A stretch of 64,000 nt of DNA from Podarcis liolepis (lineage: Eukaryota), in NCBI GenBank assembly GCA_965112155.1, contig OZ218099.1; one strand, written 5' to 3'. Numbering within the stretch: position 1 is the first letter of the stretch; each line of letters opens with the position of its first letter. Of the stretch, positions 36,150 to 48,266 are shown in pieces. The notes beneath the pieces are model-generated. The model saw only the letters and a list, made by a program, of their open reading frames with translations. It was not told where the DNA came from and did no database searches. The position numbers and the translations under genes are program-made.

Positions 36150-37100
36150 AGAGAATCTTTGCGCCGCCACCGCACGGCCAGCGCGCGCGCCTGCCTTTCC
36201 ACCTCGCTCGATCACTAGGGCGCGGGCATTTCTCCCGCTTAGCTTCGCTGCATATTCCGCTTTTGCAAAAAATTTAAAATCCCCGGAGGAATATCCCGAG
36301 GCACGCAGTTTGGCAAAATGGAGGGCGCGATGGCCCTGTTGGAAAACTGGGGGGGAGATGTGGGAACCAGCTGCGTTTGCAAAGTGGGGAGCGGAGCCGG
36401 ACCCGCTTTCCCGGGGCATCCCGCCCATCCGGCTCTCCGTGTACGGGAAGGAGAAGCCTCGGCTCTGCCTCTCCTCCCCTGGAAACGCTAGCACTTCCCC
36501 GGCTGCTGTGCCCATTCTGCGCTGCTGCTGCGACGGCGGGTGCTGCCGGGTCCCCCGGTCCCCATTCCTGCGCAGGGAGGCGAGGCTGCCCGTCCGCCCC
36601 GCGGTGCCTGAGCACCACCCTGCCTGGAATGAATGGCTTTGCTTTCAGACTCGCTAATAGTGACTCAGTCCGTTTCCCCTTTTCTTTGCTCCTTTTGATC
36701 CTCTCCACTCTTTGACCTTCTTTTGGCTCCAGGGACAGTCGGCTCGGCCTCGGGGGTGGGGGGGGGTGCCTGTGGGGGTGCGCTGGAAACAGTCCCCAGC
36801 TTATCTCCTTTCATCAAACCAGCCCCGGGCCCCCTGCAAACCGCGGGGCCAGTAATTGCTTTTTTCAGGCAGCCCAGTGCGGACTGGCGAGCAGCCAATC
36901 AGCGCCTTGTTTACACTGGGTGATGGACAGCGGGCTGGGGGACTGCCAACCAATCCGGGCGTCTACTGGAAGTGGGGAAGGGCGGGTTGGAAGAAAGGAA
37001 CGGGGCGGGGGGGGGGAGGAGGAGGAGGAAGGGAATAAACGGAAGGCGGTGTGGTTAACCTCTCCGTCGCCGGTGTAAAATCGGAGGCTCGGTGTGGGGT
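36150..37100. promoter_or_regulatory. CpG island / promoter module B
   Basis: CCAATCAGCG at 36895, TGTTTAC at 36908-36914, CCAAT at 36950, GC boxes at 36980 and 37002. Confidence 0.65.
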
Positions 37101-38039
37101 GTGTGTTTTTGCACCATGCAGCTATTTTTAAAAAATGAGTTTTAATACTATATAGGAAGGAGCAGAGAAAATTATGCGGCCTATTTAAGAAGCAGAATGG
37201 CAGGCAATCGAGGGAAGCATAGATGGTTGAAATAGAACAATCTGCCAGCAGAATCGTGATTGCAGTTTGCTTGCTTGTTTGGGTTTTTTTTTTTTTTTAC
37301 AATTTCAGCGAATGCGTTGGGAGCTTTGCTTTGAAGGTGGTTGAAGGATGGGATTAATGGTGATGCGAAGTGTGCGGCGGGTGAAAGAGAGCGAGCCGGG
37401 AGGAGGGAAAAGGATGACTGTACAAATAAATAGATCTCGGTTTATGGTAACCCACCTGGGAGCTTGCATGTGCCTCGGCGTAGCGCGAAAGAAGAGGGGC
37501 TTCCTTTGCGTCTGGAGAAGCACGTGCTCACGAAGCAGTTGCGCCCCCCCCCGCCCCAAATCCCCATGGGAACTCGTGTCCTTGAGCGCTTTAAAGACTC
37601 CTCACCCCCCACCCCCACCCCAGCACGGAATATCATCCAGGGATGCTGAAATGCACGGGAGTGCTAGGGACCCCTACGGTCGTAAATCTCTCTCTTAAGT
37701 GTTTGGTTTGTAAAGGCATACCTTGCTCGAGAAAAAAACTGCCGTGAGCCAGGCACTCCCCGCACCGCACTGATCGGTGAAAAGGCGACTTCGTGGCGAT
37801 GACTGGGCTCTGCGGCTGCAAGACACACACATGCACTGGCCAGCCTAGCTAAGCGAAAGAAACAACAACAAGGCACCCCCCCTCCAGAAACCCCTCACCA
37901 CCCAGCTGGCGTGCGTGTGTGGGCTGGAGCCGCTCTCTCTGGCAGGGCTCTTCCCCTCCCCATTCCGCAGAGCTTTCTTCCTTCCCCCTCCCTCCCCCCC
38001 CCTCGCGCTTGCTACGTATCCCCCCATTCAGCAAAGCGG

Positions 38040-38330
38040 AGGCTAAGCTGCGCGAGGGGAGCTGCGCAACTGGAGGGACTTGAATTAGGCGCCATTGGGT
38101 TGAGTAGTAACCCTGCTGCTCTCTGATTGGCAGCTCCCTGGCCCCGCGCCAGCCTATGGGGAAGCCTGTTTACGCAGGGAGAGTGGCACGAGCTTATTAC
38201 CGTAGAGGGCCGGGCGTCCAATCAGCGAGCGTGCTCACCCTGAGTGAGTGGCACGAGCTTATTAGTATGCAGGGAGAGTTGCTTGCAGGACTGAGCTGCG
38301 AGGTTGGGGAAGCTGGAGCCCGCGACAGGG
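38040..38330 (+). promoter_or_regulatory. Promoter module C, probable main BAHCC1 promoter
   Basis: CCAAT boxes at 38094, 38126 and 38218. TGTTTAC at 38167. Duplicated GAGTGGCACGAGCTTATTA. Lies immediately upstream of a consensus donor. Confidence 0.65.
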
Positions 38331-38481
38331 TCTTTTTTTCCTTTCTGCAAGGAGCAGCAGCCAGTGCATTTACAGTGCAACAGTCAGCACAGTGCAAATA
38401 CCAGTAGGAATACAACAAAGTCCCAGTCACTGATTTAATTGTATTGCGTTCCCTGTGTGCAAAGGAACACCCCTCCCTCCA
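38330..38481 (+). other. BAHCC1: Candidate non-coding first exon of BAHCC1 (5' boundary approximate)
   Basis: ATG-free segment downstream of promoter C, ending in CCA|GTAAGT (38482). The coding exon has its own acceptor, so an upstream exon is expected. Confidence 0.55.
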
Positions 38482-39499
38482 GTAAGTAATTGAAATTTAT
38501 TTAGTATATATATATATTTTTGAAAAGTGCATTATTTGGTTTTTTTTATTAAAAAAATATATATTATTTTTATTATTATCGAGCACACCCTCACGGTGGT
38601 CAGGTCTGAATTAATTTATTTTTTACATTTTTTTGCAAAATATTGCTAGCAGAAATTATTTTGAGCTTATTTTTCATTTTAAAGGCAATTCAGACACCTG
38701 GTATTCGCTGTGTGTAACATTGATATCCATCCACTGACTAAATTGTATCAATTCCTTAACTAAATTGAATATAATTTAACGACATCCTTGGGGGAAGGAG
38801 ATGCGTATTGTTTCTAACGAAAAGAAAGCCTGCGAAATACGTGCATGAAGGTTTATTTTATTTCTCAGTGGTTCAGCTGTGCCTTAGAAATGTTGTACCG
38901 AGCTCCGGGCAGTACTAACAAAACCCACGATTGTTCGCATATTTCTTACTGAAATTCTAGTTGTTGAATTGTGTGGGGGGTGGGGGTGGTTTTTTTTCTC
39001 CTAACGGAGACGTGAATGGGGGCTTTGCAAGACAAACAAACGCAGGCATTGTAGTATTTTTGGGGGGAGGGAGAAGGAATGCATGCAAATGTGTAGCCTC
39101 CCTTGTTTAAAAATTAAATCACAATAAAAATTAAATCACAATGCAGGCGAGAGTTAGGGTTTTCTGCTCGACGCTAAGTGCTGTCTGCGACCGAAAGTGT
39201 TTCGTGCATATTCGGCTATTCCGAACTGCAAAGGGGAAAAAAAATAAAATACTTGGAACAGATGCATTCTAATTTATTTATGCCCCTGTCTGTGTTTCTG
39301 CGCATGTATGTCGATTTTACGTAGGAAGTAAGGCTTTTAAGTTTTGCAGTGGCGAGGAAAATGCCGTCGTGGTGTTGTGAGGAAATGTTTCATTAAGATT
39401 GGAGGTAAAGGCCTTTCTTCGTTTGTTTTCGGTTCAGCTTAGAAGGTTGAACCAGGTTGCGTTTTTGCACGGGAGAGGCAATCGTCTTGCAAGGGAGCA

Positions 39500-40620
39500 G
39501 CTGGGAGAGGCGCTTTGTCTCTCGCTCTCCGATCTCTCCCCGCGTCCGCCCCTCTCTCGGTCCTTCCTTCTCGGATCCCTTTAGTGATAGCTTTATTTTT
39601 AAAGGGGGGGCGGCTCTGGCCGGAAAGCTACATGCACAGCAATTTCAGTCTGGCATCCTTTAAATCTCTCTCTCTAGATTCAAACACGCACACATGCGAT
39701 TTGGCAAATAACAAGATTTGGAAAAATGTATAATATTGCATAAAATGCACCGTGGGGTGGCGGGGAGGCGTCGGTGGAGGCACTTTTAGGGCCGATCTCT
39801 CCGATTTCTTCGCTGGCCGATGATGCCTAGCGGAAGCTTTCTAGGTTCCCGGCACCGGAAGATCCTTTTGCTCGCGGCCGCTCGAGAGGCCTCTTTGCTG
39901 GGCTATAGAAACAGCAAGCACCGCCGAGGCTGGTGGTCCTCTCCCTTCTCCCTGCCAGGCCCGAGATCGGTGCGCCGAAGCGTTTGAAAACTCGCCGGAT
40001 TTCCCAGTCCCGTCCCCCCCACTAAACGCCTCGGAACCGTCCGAGAGGATAAAATATTTCTGCTGCGCGCAAAACCGTGGATACTCGGTAGATTTGACAA
40101 CACAGTATAAAACTGGATTATTACATTCCCCCCATCCCATTTCTTTCTCTGCCCCTCATATATATATATATATTTATCTATATATATTTTGGGGGGGGGA
40201 GGGGGCGTAACTGACTGGAACCGAACCGTGCAAATTTGCAACATCCTTTTGTTCCCTTTGCAACGTCTGAATCCTCCGATTCATTCCGAACCTCCTCGCT
40301 CTCGCAAGCGTTTTGTTCTTCTAAAGAATCGCCTTAGTCGTTTTGACTATGCGGAAAGCAAGCGCTCCGGATCGAAGCCTCCCGCGAGATCCTCTTATTT
40401 TTGTTTTGTTTAACGCGAATGGATCCTAAGGCCCTCCTTGTTCTGCAGATAAGCCCCCGCGGAAGAGGCCGCTGGGGGAAGCCTGCTTTCCTCCTTCCCC
40501 TTCGGCTCTCACTACGACCAGGATGGACACGATCTTGCAGCAAGTCCTCTCTGCGGTACGGGGTGGTGAGAAAGCCTTGCTGGAGCACTCAGACCGAAAC
40601 TTTGCGTCGGCCTGCAATCG
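39500..40620. promoter_or_regulatory. Intronic CpG island
   Basis: High CpG density. Confidence 0.55.
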
Positions 40621-41298
40621 CGTTTTTCCAATCAGCTGCTTTATTTCAGTCTTGCACCTCAGATTTTCTTACTGTTTTCCTTCTCCTAGAGAGAAAAGGG
40701 GGGCGGGAGGGAGAGAAAAGAGAGGAGAAATCCTACACAAGACGTTTCCATTCACGTTGATGTATCGAACCCCAAAGTTGCTGAAGCTGCTAATTTAGCT
40801 TTTGTCTTCCAGGCTTCAATTCTTCTCTCCCTCTCCCCCCCACCCCATTTCCCCCCTTTCCTGACTCTTTGAAGTGGGTCCCTCATATATAATCCGCTGG
40901 TTTTTACATGATTTTTGTTGATTGCTGAAAGGGAAAAACTGCTCCCCCCCTCATTGTAGAAGACAGAAATCCTTTATAATTCCTTTTAATTGCAAAGCAG
41001 AAAAATCTTAGTTGAGGGCAGAGAGATGATCCATTCAGGGAAACAGAGAAAAACCCTGCCCTTTTGTATTTAGTAATTTCATTTATTTACAATGCAAAAG
41101 CTGCCCATATATTTATATTTTTAGTGTGTGTGTGTGATATATATAAAGCTTATCAGCTGTGCAAATATGTAGTCACTTAATACATTATGTTTTCAGTTGT
41201 AGATTAAATCAAACACCAAATAGTCCGGCACTGTTAAAGAGCTGCAAGCGTTGAATCCAGCAATTAAAAACTGTATTGAGTAAATGGGAAGCATCTCA

Positions 41299-41388
41299 CA
41301 GTGCAATCCTCTGCCTATTTACTTAGAAGTACATCCTATTGTGTTCAATGGTGCTTACTGCCAGGTAAACGTGCACAGGACTGTAGCC
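41299..41388. repeat. Old palindromic MITE-like repeat, same family as 33565
   Basis: GTGCAATCCT...ACTTAGAAGTA...GCTTACTGCCAGGTAA...AGGACTGTAGCC. Confidence 0.6.
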
Positions 41389-42925
41389 TGTATGTGGCTT
41401 TGTTGTGATTGAGGCACACTACTGTGTGTGTGAATTCTAAGATTTACAATTATGCATTTTCAATAAACTGTAGTCTTTACCTTTTTTCACACACACCCTT
41501 TCCTTTTGGGTTTGGAGGTGCTATGAATCCTTCAGACATTATTGAGTCCCAGAAATATTAGATGTGTATAGTAGTCTTAATTGTCTGGACATGGGGGTGG
41601 GCAGAAGGGATCTAAATAATTTGGGTGTGTGTCTCTACCTCCCATAGCAGATGCAGTAGGGTAGTTCCCCCCCCATTCATATATCACATTTTTACAGGGG
41701 AGTTGCAAATATTTGTAGTTAGAAGTCAGCAAAAAATATTCCAGTGCAACACAACCTTGCTTGGTAAATCTGAAGGGGGTGAGGAGGGTCTTTTATTCCC
41801 CCTTTTCCCTTCCTCTTGGCTTAATGTTACACATTGGTCGTAAGCCAAAAAAACCCCTTACGTGTAAATGGATTGAATGGATAGGAAGGACTTTACATAA
41901 CTGTTTTGTCAAGGAATACAGTTGTAGGATTTAAACCTCTGTCCTTGGAGGAAGAATGCAAGGCTTTGCCACTAAGGTGTCTTGTGCAGTGAAATATTTG
42001 TTCCTGGGCTTGAGTCGTGGAAGGGCACCAAGCTCTTTTTCTCTGGGCTGATCTCCTTTTTCTCTAGTTTGCTGAAGGGGGCTTTCTTTTTGGATCCCAT
42101 CAGGGCAACTCTCGCCCGTAATCAAAGCCCGTGTACTGGGGAGGGGAGAAATCTCTTTTTCTCTTCAAAATACCCTCACCCCACCCAAAATAACTTGAAA
42201 GGCAATTGATCGAAGCTTAATAAATCAGGTTGGGAACCCCCCCCCTTCCCACTGTAATGAAAATAACGACGCATTCGTCTGGTTTGGTTTGCCCATGGAA
42301 GAGAGCAGAACAGAGGACCCAAATATTATTGACCAGCTCTGGAGAGAATCCCTTAGCAACTCAAAGGGGGTGGGTGGGAAAGGGTAATAATCCAGTGATT
42401 TAAACTCGACATACAACTACAGCAGGCAAATAAAAACTTAGCCATTCGGGAAAAGATGCATAATTCCATCTTCGTTCCCAGCCCCCGCTCTCGGTTCCTG
42501 GGCGCCCTGGGGGTTTTTTTTGGGGGGGGGGTTCTTTTCTCTTTTTTTCAACACTTTCCTCTTCGTTTCTCTGCCGGGGAGCCGCGCAACGCGCAAAGGG
42601 GCCGAGGTAGCAGCGCCGAATCGACGGGGTCTTACCTCTCCAAAATAAATTTTAGAAAGGGCTTGCTGTTCTCTGCGATAAATCCGACGCTCGCTTCGGT
42701 AATCGATGAGGATGGCTTGCTTAATTGTGTTGGGAAGCCGCCTATTATTTATTTTTAAAATAATAATACTAAAAATCACCAGTAGCCTTTTGCTGCTATG
42801 GCGGGGAAGCCTTGGGTTCCGTGCGCTCTCGGATCGTCCCCTTTCCCCGCTCACCTCCTCCAGTTCCCGGCTGCTTTCTCACGCTTTTCTCCGCTCTGTC
42901 CCTCCCTTTGTGTTTTCTGCAGAGA

Positions 42926-43505
<580 letters not shown>

Positions 43506-46500
43506 TAAAAAAAATAAATTGCGTCTTGATCTTGAGGCTGATCGATCCTTGCTCCGGTTGCATCCGTGCAGAAAGATCTCAACAGCTTACTTAAGAGGAG
43601 CTCCCCCCCCAAAAAAAAATAGAGTTGAGGGGAGAGAGATGTTGCAATTGATAGATTCACCACTGTAGATCGGCTGCTCTTTGCAAATGCCCTTTCCGCT
43701 AACGTATTTGTTTCTTGTTTTGGTTTTATTAAGCATTAATACTTTCTAAATTTTTAATTAAAAAAAACGCCTCTTGGAAAGAGGGGGCGCGGGGACAAAC
43801 AAAAGCCCTCAGCTGGCCTTTGATTGCATGGAGGGCCGGGGCAGAGATTCCATCGCATGCAGAAGCCGAGGCAGGCATGCTAGAAAGGGGAAATCATCAT
43901 AATTCAAGAGGATTCGGAGGGTGGGAGGAAGGGAAGAACGGAGGCACGGTTTTCCTTTCCTTTCCTTTTTTTTGCAACATCTTTTATATGGTAGAATGGG
44001 GGGTTCTCAAAAGTGAGGGGGAGACGGCCCTTTTGCCCTTGGCTAATAATTCATAATGATGGGGGCGCACGTGCAGCTCGGTTTAGTGGATGTGGAAGAG
44101 GAGGAAGCTGTATATTTTCTCTCAAATCTGGATGTACCAGGCTGATAACAAGCGAAATGCGTCCCGTCCTCGCTCTCTAGCTCGCTCTCTCCTCTCCCCC
44201 CGCCCCGCCCCTGGCAACCCACATATTCCTTACCGTGGAGTCTTCCTTTTTTAAAAAAAGAAAAATTTAGTCATGGGGGAGAAGTGGTTAAAATAAGGGC
44301 CTTTCCACCCCCTACCCCACCCCCTTAGTAGCTGGAACTGAAGGGAAATAAATCCCACAGAAGAGAAGAGGGGGTGTGTATGGGGGGGGGAGAGAAACCC
44401 TTTTTCTGCATTAACACCCTTAAGAAATTCTATTGCCTGAACAAAAAGGCTGTTATTTGCCAGGGAAGGGTGAGCACCCAGGAGCCGGCTATGCTCTTTC
44501 AGATTAGGGGTAGCTGTATGTGCAGGGTTAGCATTAATAGAGCGGGTGGTGTAAGACTAGAAAATCCTGTTTCTATATAAAGCCCTGAAGTGTCAGGGTG
44601 AGAATGGGTTTGCAGTGCATGTGTTAGCTTTAACAAGTGCTTGTGGTATCCTGCTAAAGACACAAAGTTTGGCAAGAAAAATCAGAAGTGGGGGGGTTGT
44701 ATGTGCCAGGAGATGGTCTGTGGCATCAATTAGTTGTTTGGGAGAAGGGAATGTACCAAATAGAATCTTTCGGGGCTAGCTAGCTAGTTTGCCGGATGTC
44801 AGGACACACAAAATTTAAACATCCACTGTATGCTAAACCGACCCAACTCCAAAATTCAGAATCTCGTTGGAGGTAAGAACTATACTGTCTTGGAAGTCTT
44901 CATTAACATCCTTGTATACGATGAGGAGAAGGGATTTAAACTCACGAGGCTTGAATGCAAAAATTCCCTGGATTGGAATTTTCCCCGAGGAAGGAATAAG
45001 AAAATGCTGAGTAAGGGAATATGACTTTGTATATTTTGCCTTTTGTTTCTGAGTATTTGTAGTCTTTTTGTTTGCGAAGGGTTTGATTTAGCTGTACTGG
45101 ATTTATTTTTGGAAATGACATTGCTCTTATCAGGGATAGATGGTTTGGAGTTAAAAACATTTCATTTTCACTGTGAATGTTTGAATTTGTTTTCAGTGTA
45201 ACCTAACCAGACTCTATATTTAACCCAAAGTCGATAAATGCATTTCTGTCCTCAAAGTTTTTGTCATATGGTTGATTTTCAAATGCTGTGGCAGCCTCTG
45301 AATATGTAGTGAGCACCTTCATTTTGTGCATATTGCATATTGGCTATATATTTATGGTAGTGGGGATTTAATCTTAGATTTACAAAACCACACACAGCCA
45401 ATTAAGTTTTGTTTACAAGTTACTTTAAACATCAGAGCAAAAAAGAAAAAGATGTTGCCGTTTTTATTTTTCTCTAAACTCAGCAGTCACAGCCATTGTT
45501 TCTAGCTTGATGAACTGTGAATGCTAATAAAATTATATCTGCTTTAATGGGATTACAATTAGTACATGGATTAAAAAAGATGGCATGAGGTAAAATTATC
45601 TACTGGGAGTGCAACTCAACGTTTATTTATTTATTTATTTATTTGTTTAAAAATACATACCCAAATTCAGAGTTCTTAATGGACTTTTAGCACGATCTGA
45701 TTTAAAAAGTGCTAACAAATGTTATGTGTAACACAAGTTACTTGCGCTTTATTTGAAATAATTGAATCGTAGCTTTGCAGGGTTTTCGCTAGGCTTTAGA
45801 TTTTATCCCTTTTCTTTAAATAAAATCGAAGATGCTCATTGGAGTGAAGTCGTCTTCTTTTTTTAACCTGTTAGGTTCAAACAACACCAGGAAAGAATTT
45901 TAAAATGCAAACCCAGGCAAATTGGATGAGGAGTATGATTGGTGTCAATCATTGTGCTTTTCTTCCATAGTCTGGATTCAATACCCCTTGTCCTTCTTCC
46001 AAGCCATATGAAACCCTTCTGTTGATCTCTTTTATTTTTCTATTCTATTGTGGGGGTGTGTTTTTTTTCTAAAAAATGAGAATTTTGATTAAGCTCATAA
46101 TTAGAAATATGGGGAAGGAATTCTGTTCCTACAGCCTCTTTTCCTTTTGAATGTGTGCTTTTAATGTTTTTTGTTAGGTGCATTTCCCCCCCTTCCCTTT
46201 TCTTTTTTTACGTTCAAGAAGCAAACTGTCAATTCCCGTAGAATAAATTATTGATGGAATCTTGACACTGATGCACAATTATAATACAGGGAAAGGCCTC
46301 TCCAAAACCAGAGGTCACAATATGTGAATATACAGGCTCGGCTGTGCTGAATCTTTGCCAGGTGCTTTTCATTATTATTGTTGTTGTTGCTGTTGTTGTT
46401 TGTTGTTGCTGTTATTAAGTCTATAAAGGACGGTAAAGTCTGCCTAAGGTTTCTTTTTCCTTTTACACTTGGAACAAGCAACACACTTATCTCCTTGTAT

Positions 46501-46891
46501 CATTCAACAGAGGTAGGCAAGAGACCCTCCCGCTTATATATAGTATCGTTAGTTTAATACTTAGGGCCTCACTCGCTCAAAAGAAATAGGTTGGGAGGGG
46601 CTGGTTCCGTTCGTAAGCTGCGTTTCGGGCACCCACAACTCTTTGGGCAACTAAAGCAGAAACAAAAACCGAGCACAGAATTCCAAAAGGCCGGATGCAA
46701 AGCAAATCCACTGGGAGAAGACTGGAACGCAAAGTGCTCTTGCAAGAGTGCGCTTAATTTTTATGTCCACTCGGACGAAATTCCACAAGGCATGCATTCA
46801 CCGTTCAAGCATATATTCCAACACTCCCTTCTCTCTGGAATTCTTTCCCCATGGAGATCTGGTGTACCCTCCCTATTCCTTTCCTCAAACA

Positions 46892-46930
<39 letters not shown>

Positions 46931-48218
46931 AAACAACAACAACAACCTGGCCAACGAGACCTTGGATTTTTTTATTTTTTTTTTGAAGCTAGCTTTTAGC
47001 GTTTAGCAAATTGTTTTTCTTAAAGCAGAGTGCTGATAGTTTTATAATCCTGCTGTAGAAATTTTATGGTAAAGCGCTGTTATAGTAACCTTGTCACAAA
47101 AGGTGCAATTAAAATGTTTTGTCTCATTATTTTTCTCACAGCATTAGATTTGTGTGTTTGCGCGCGTGTCTCTAATGCAGATGGTCCAAAGTCAAAGCTG
47201 TGAAAAAAAAATACTATTTTCTTTTTTTAAAAAAAGGAAGGAAGGAAAGAAAAGGGTATTAGCAGCATTATTCATCATTACTCCTGCCTGGAGCTGTTTG
47301 GATTTTCACATTGCAGTTGACTCTTATTTGGTATTCAAACGAGAGCCCTACCAAGAGGGCTGGTGGAAGGGAGACCCAAATGCTATCCGTATCCCCCATA
47401 TCTGAGGAAGGTAGCTGCACGCCATTCAATTCCCCCTCAAAGCTTGGCTGGAAATACTTGCCTGGAATAGCTTGTGCAGGTACATGAGATTAAAAAGAAC
47501 CAATTGTAAGTAATTGACAGGAAAAAGAAAGCATGGTAGCTGCCAGGAAGGGGCTTATGCTTCCAACGAGCATAGCAAAGGATCTCAAAACAGACATTTC
47601 TTATGAATGAAAACTGTCGCAGCGGTCCTAGGCTGGAAATTTCCTTGGGTGTAATAGGGTGGGGGTTTTGGGGTTTTTTTGTAGATGTAGGTACCGTTAA
47701 ATCCAGTGATAGGAAGAAAGACAATAAATTCCTGGGAAGGGAGACTCAGTTGCAGGATTCACCCCACCCTACAGTTTCCTCATCTGGCATGCTTCCCCTA
47801 CCTACCCCTCTTTTAAAGAAAATACATTTTAGTAAATACCTCATTAACTATCTAACACCAGTGGATGTTTCTGCAACACAGTTCCTAGCATTAAATAGGT
47901 GCTAAAGGAGTTACTGTTCAAAGGCATGTTCTAAAGACTCTAACCATCTTTACTTATAAATGACAAGAAGCATGAGACATCAAAGGCAAGGCAGAGATAA
48001 CAGCAAGGAACTGCCAGCGCTGATCTTTTGCACGGGAACTGCAAGGCGCACATGGTTACACAAGGTGGTTACGGTTGTACACGAGAGAGGGAGAGAGCGC
48101 ACAAAAATTAAAGTTCAAATTTGAAATGTACATTATCCCACTGGGAATTGCTTTGCCATCATGTCTAATTATTCATATAAGAGGTAGATTTCCCCCCCTA
48201 CAGGAGCAACTAGGCGCG

Positions 48219-48219
<1 letters not shown>

Positions 48220-48265
<46 letters not shown>
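48220..48265. repeat. (TG)n microsatellite
   Basis: Directly visible. Confidence 0.95.

Positions 48266-48266
<1 letters not shown>

Noticed and set aside
39108-39142. 17-bp tandem duplication TAAAAATTAAATCACAA (similar short duplications at 49895-49927 and about 63026-63050)
   Set aside because: Adjacent perfect duplications are best explained as ordinary slippage events.
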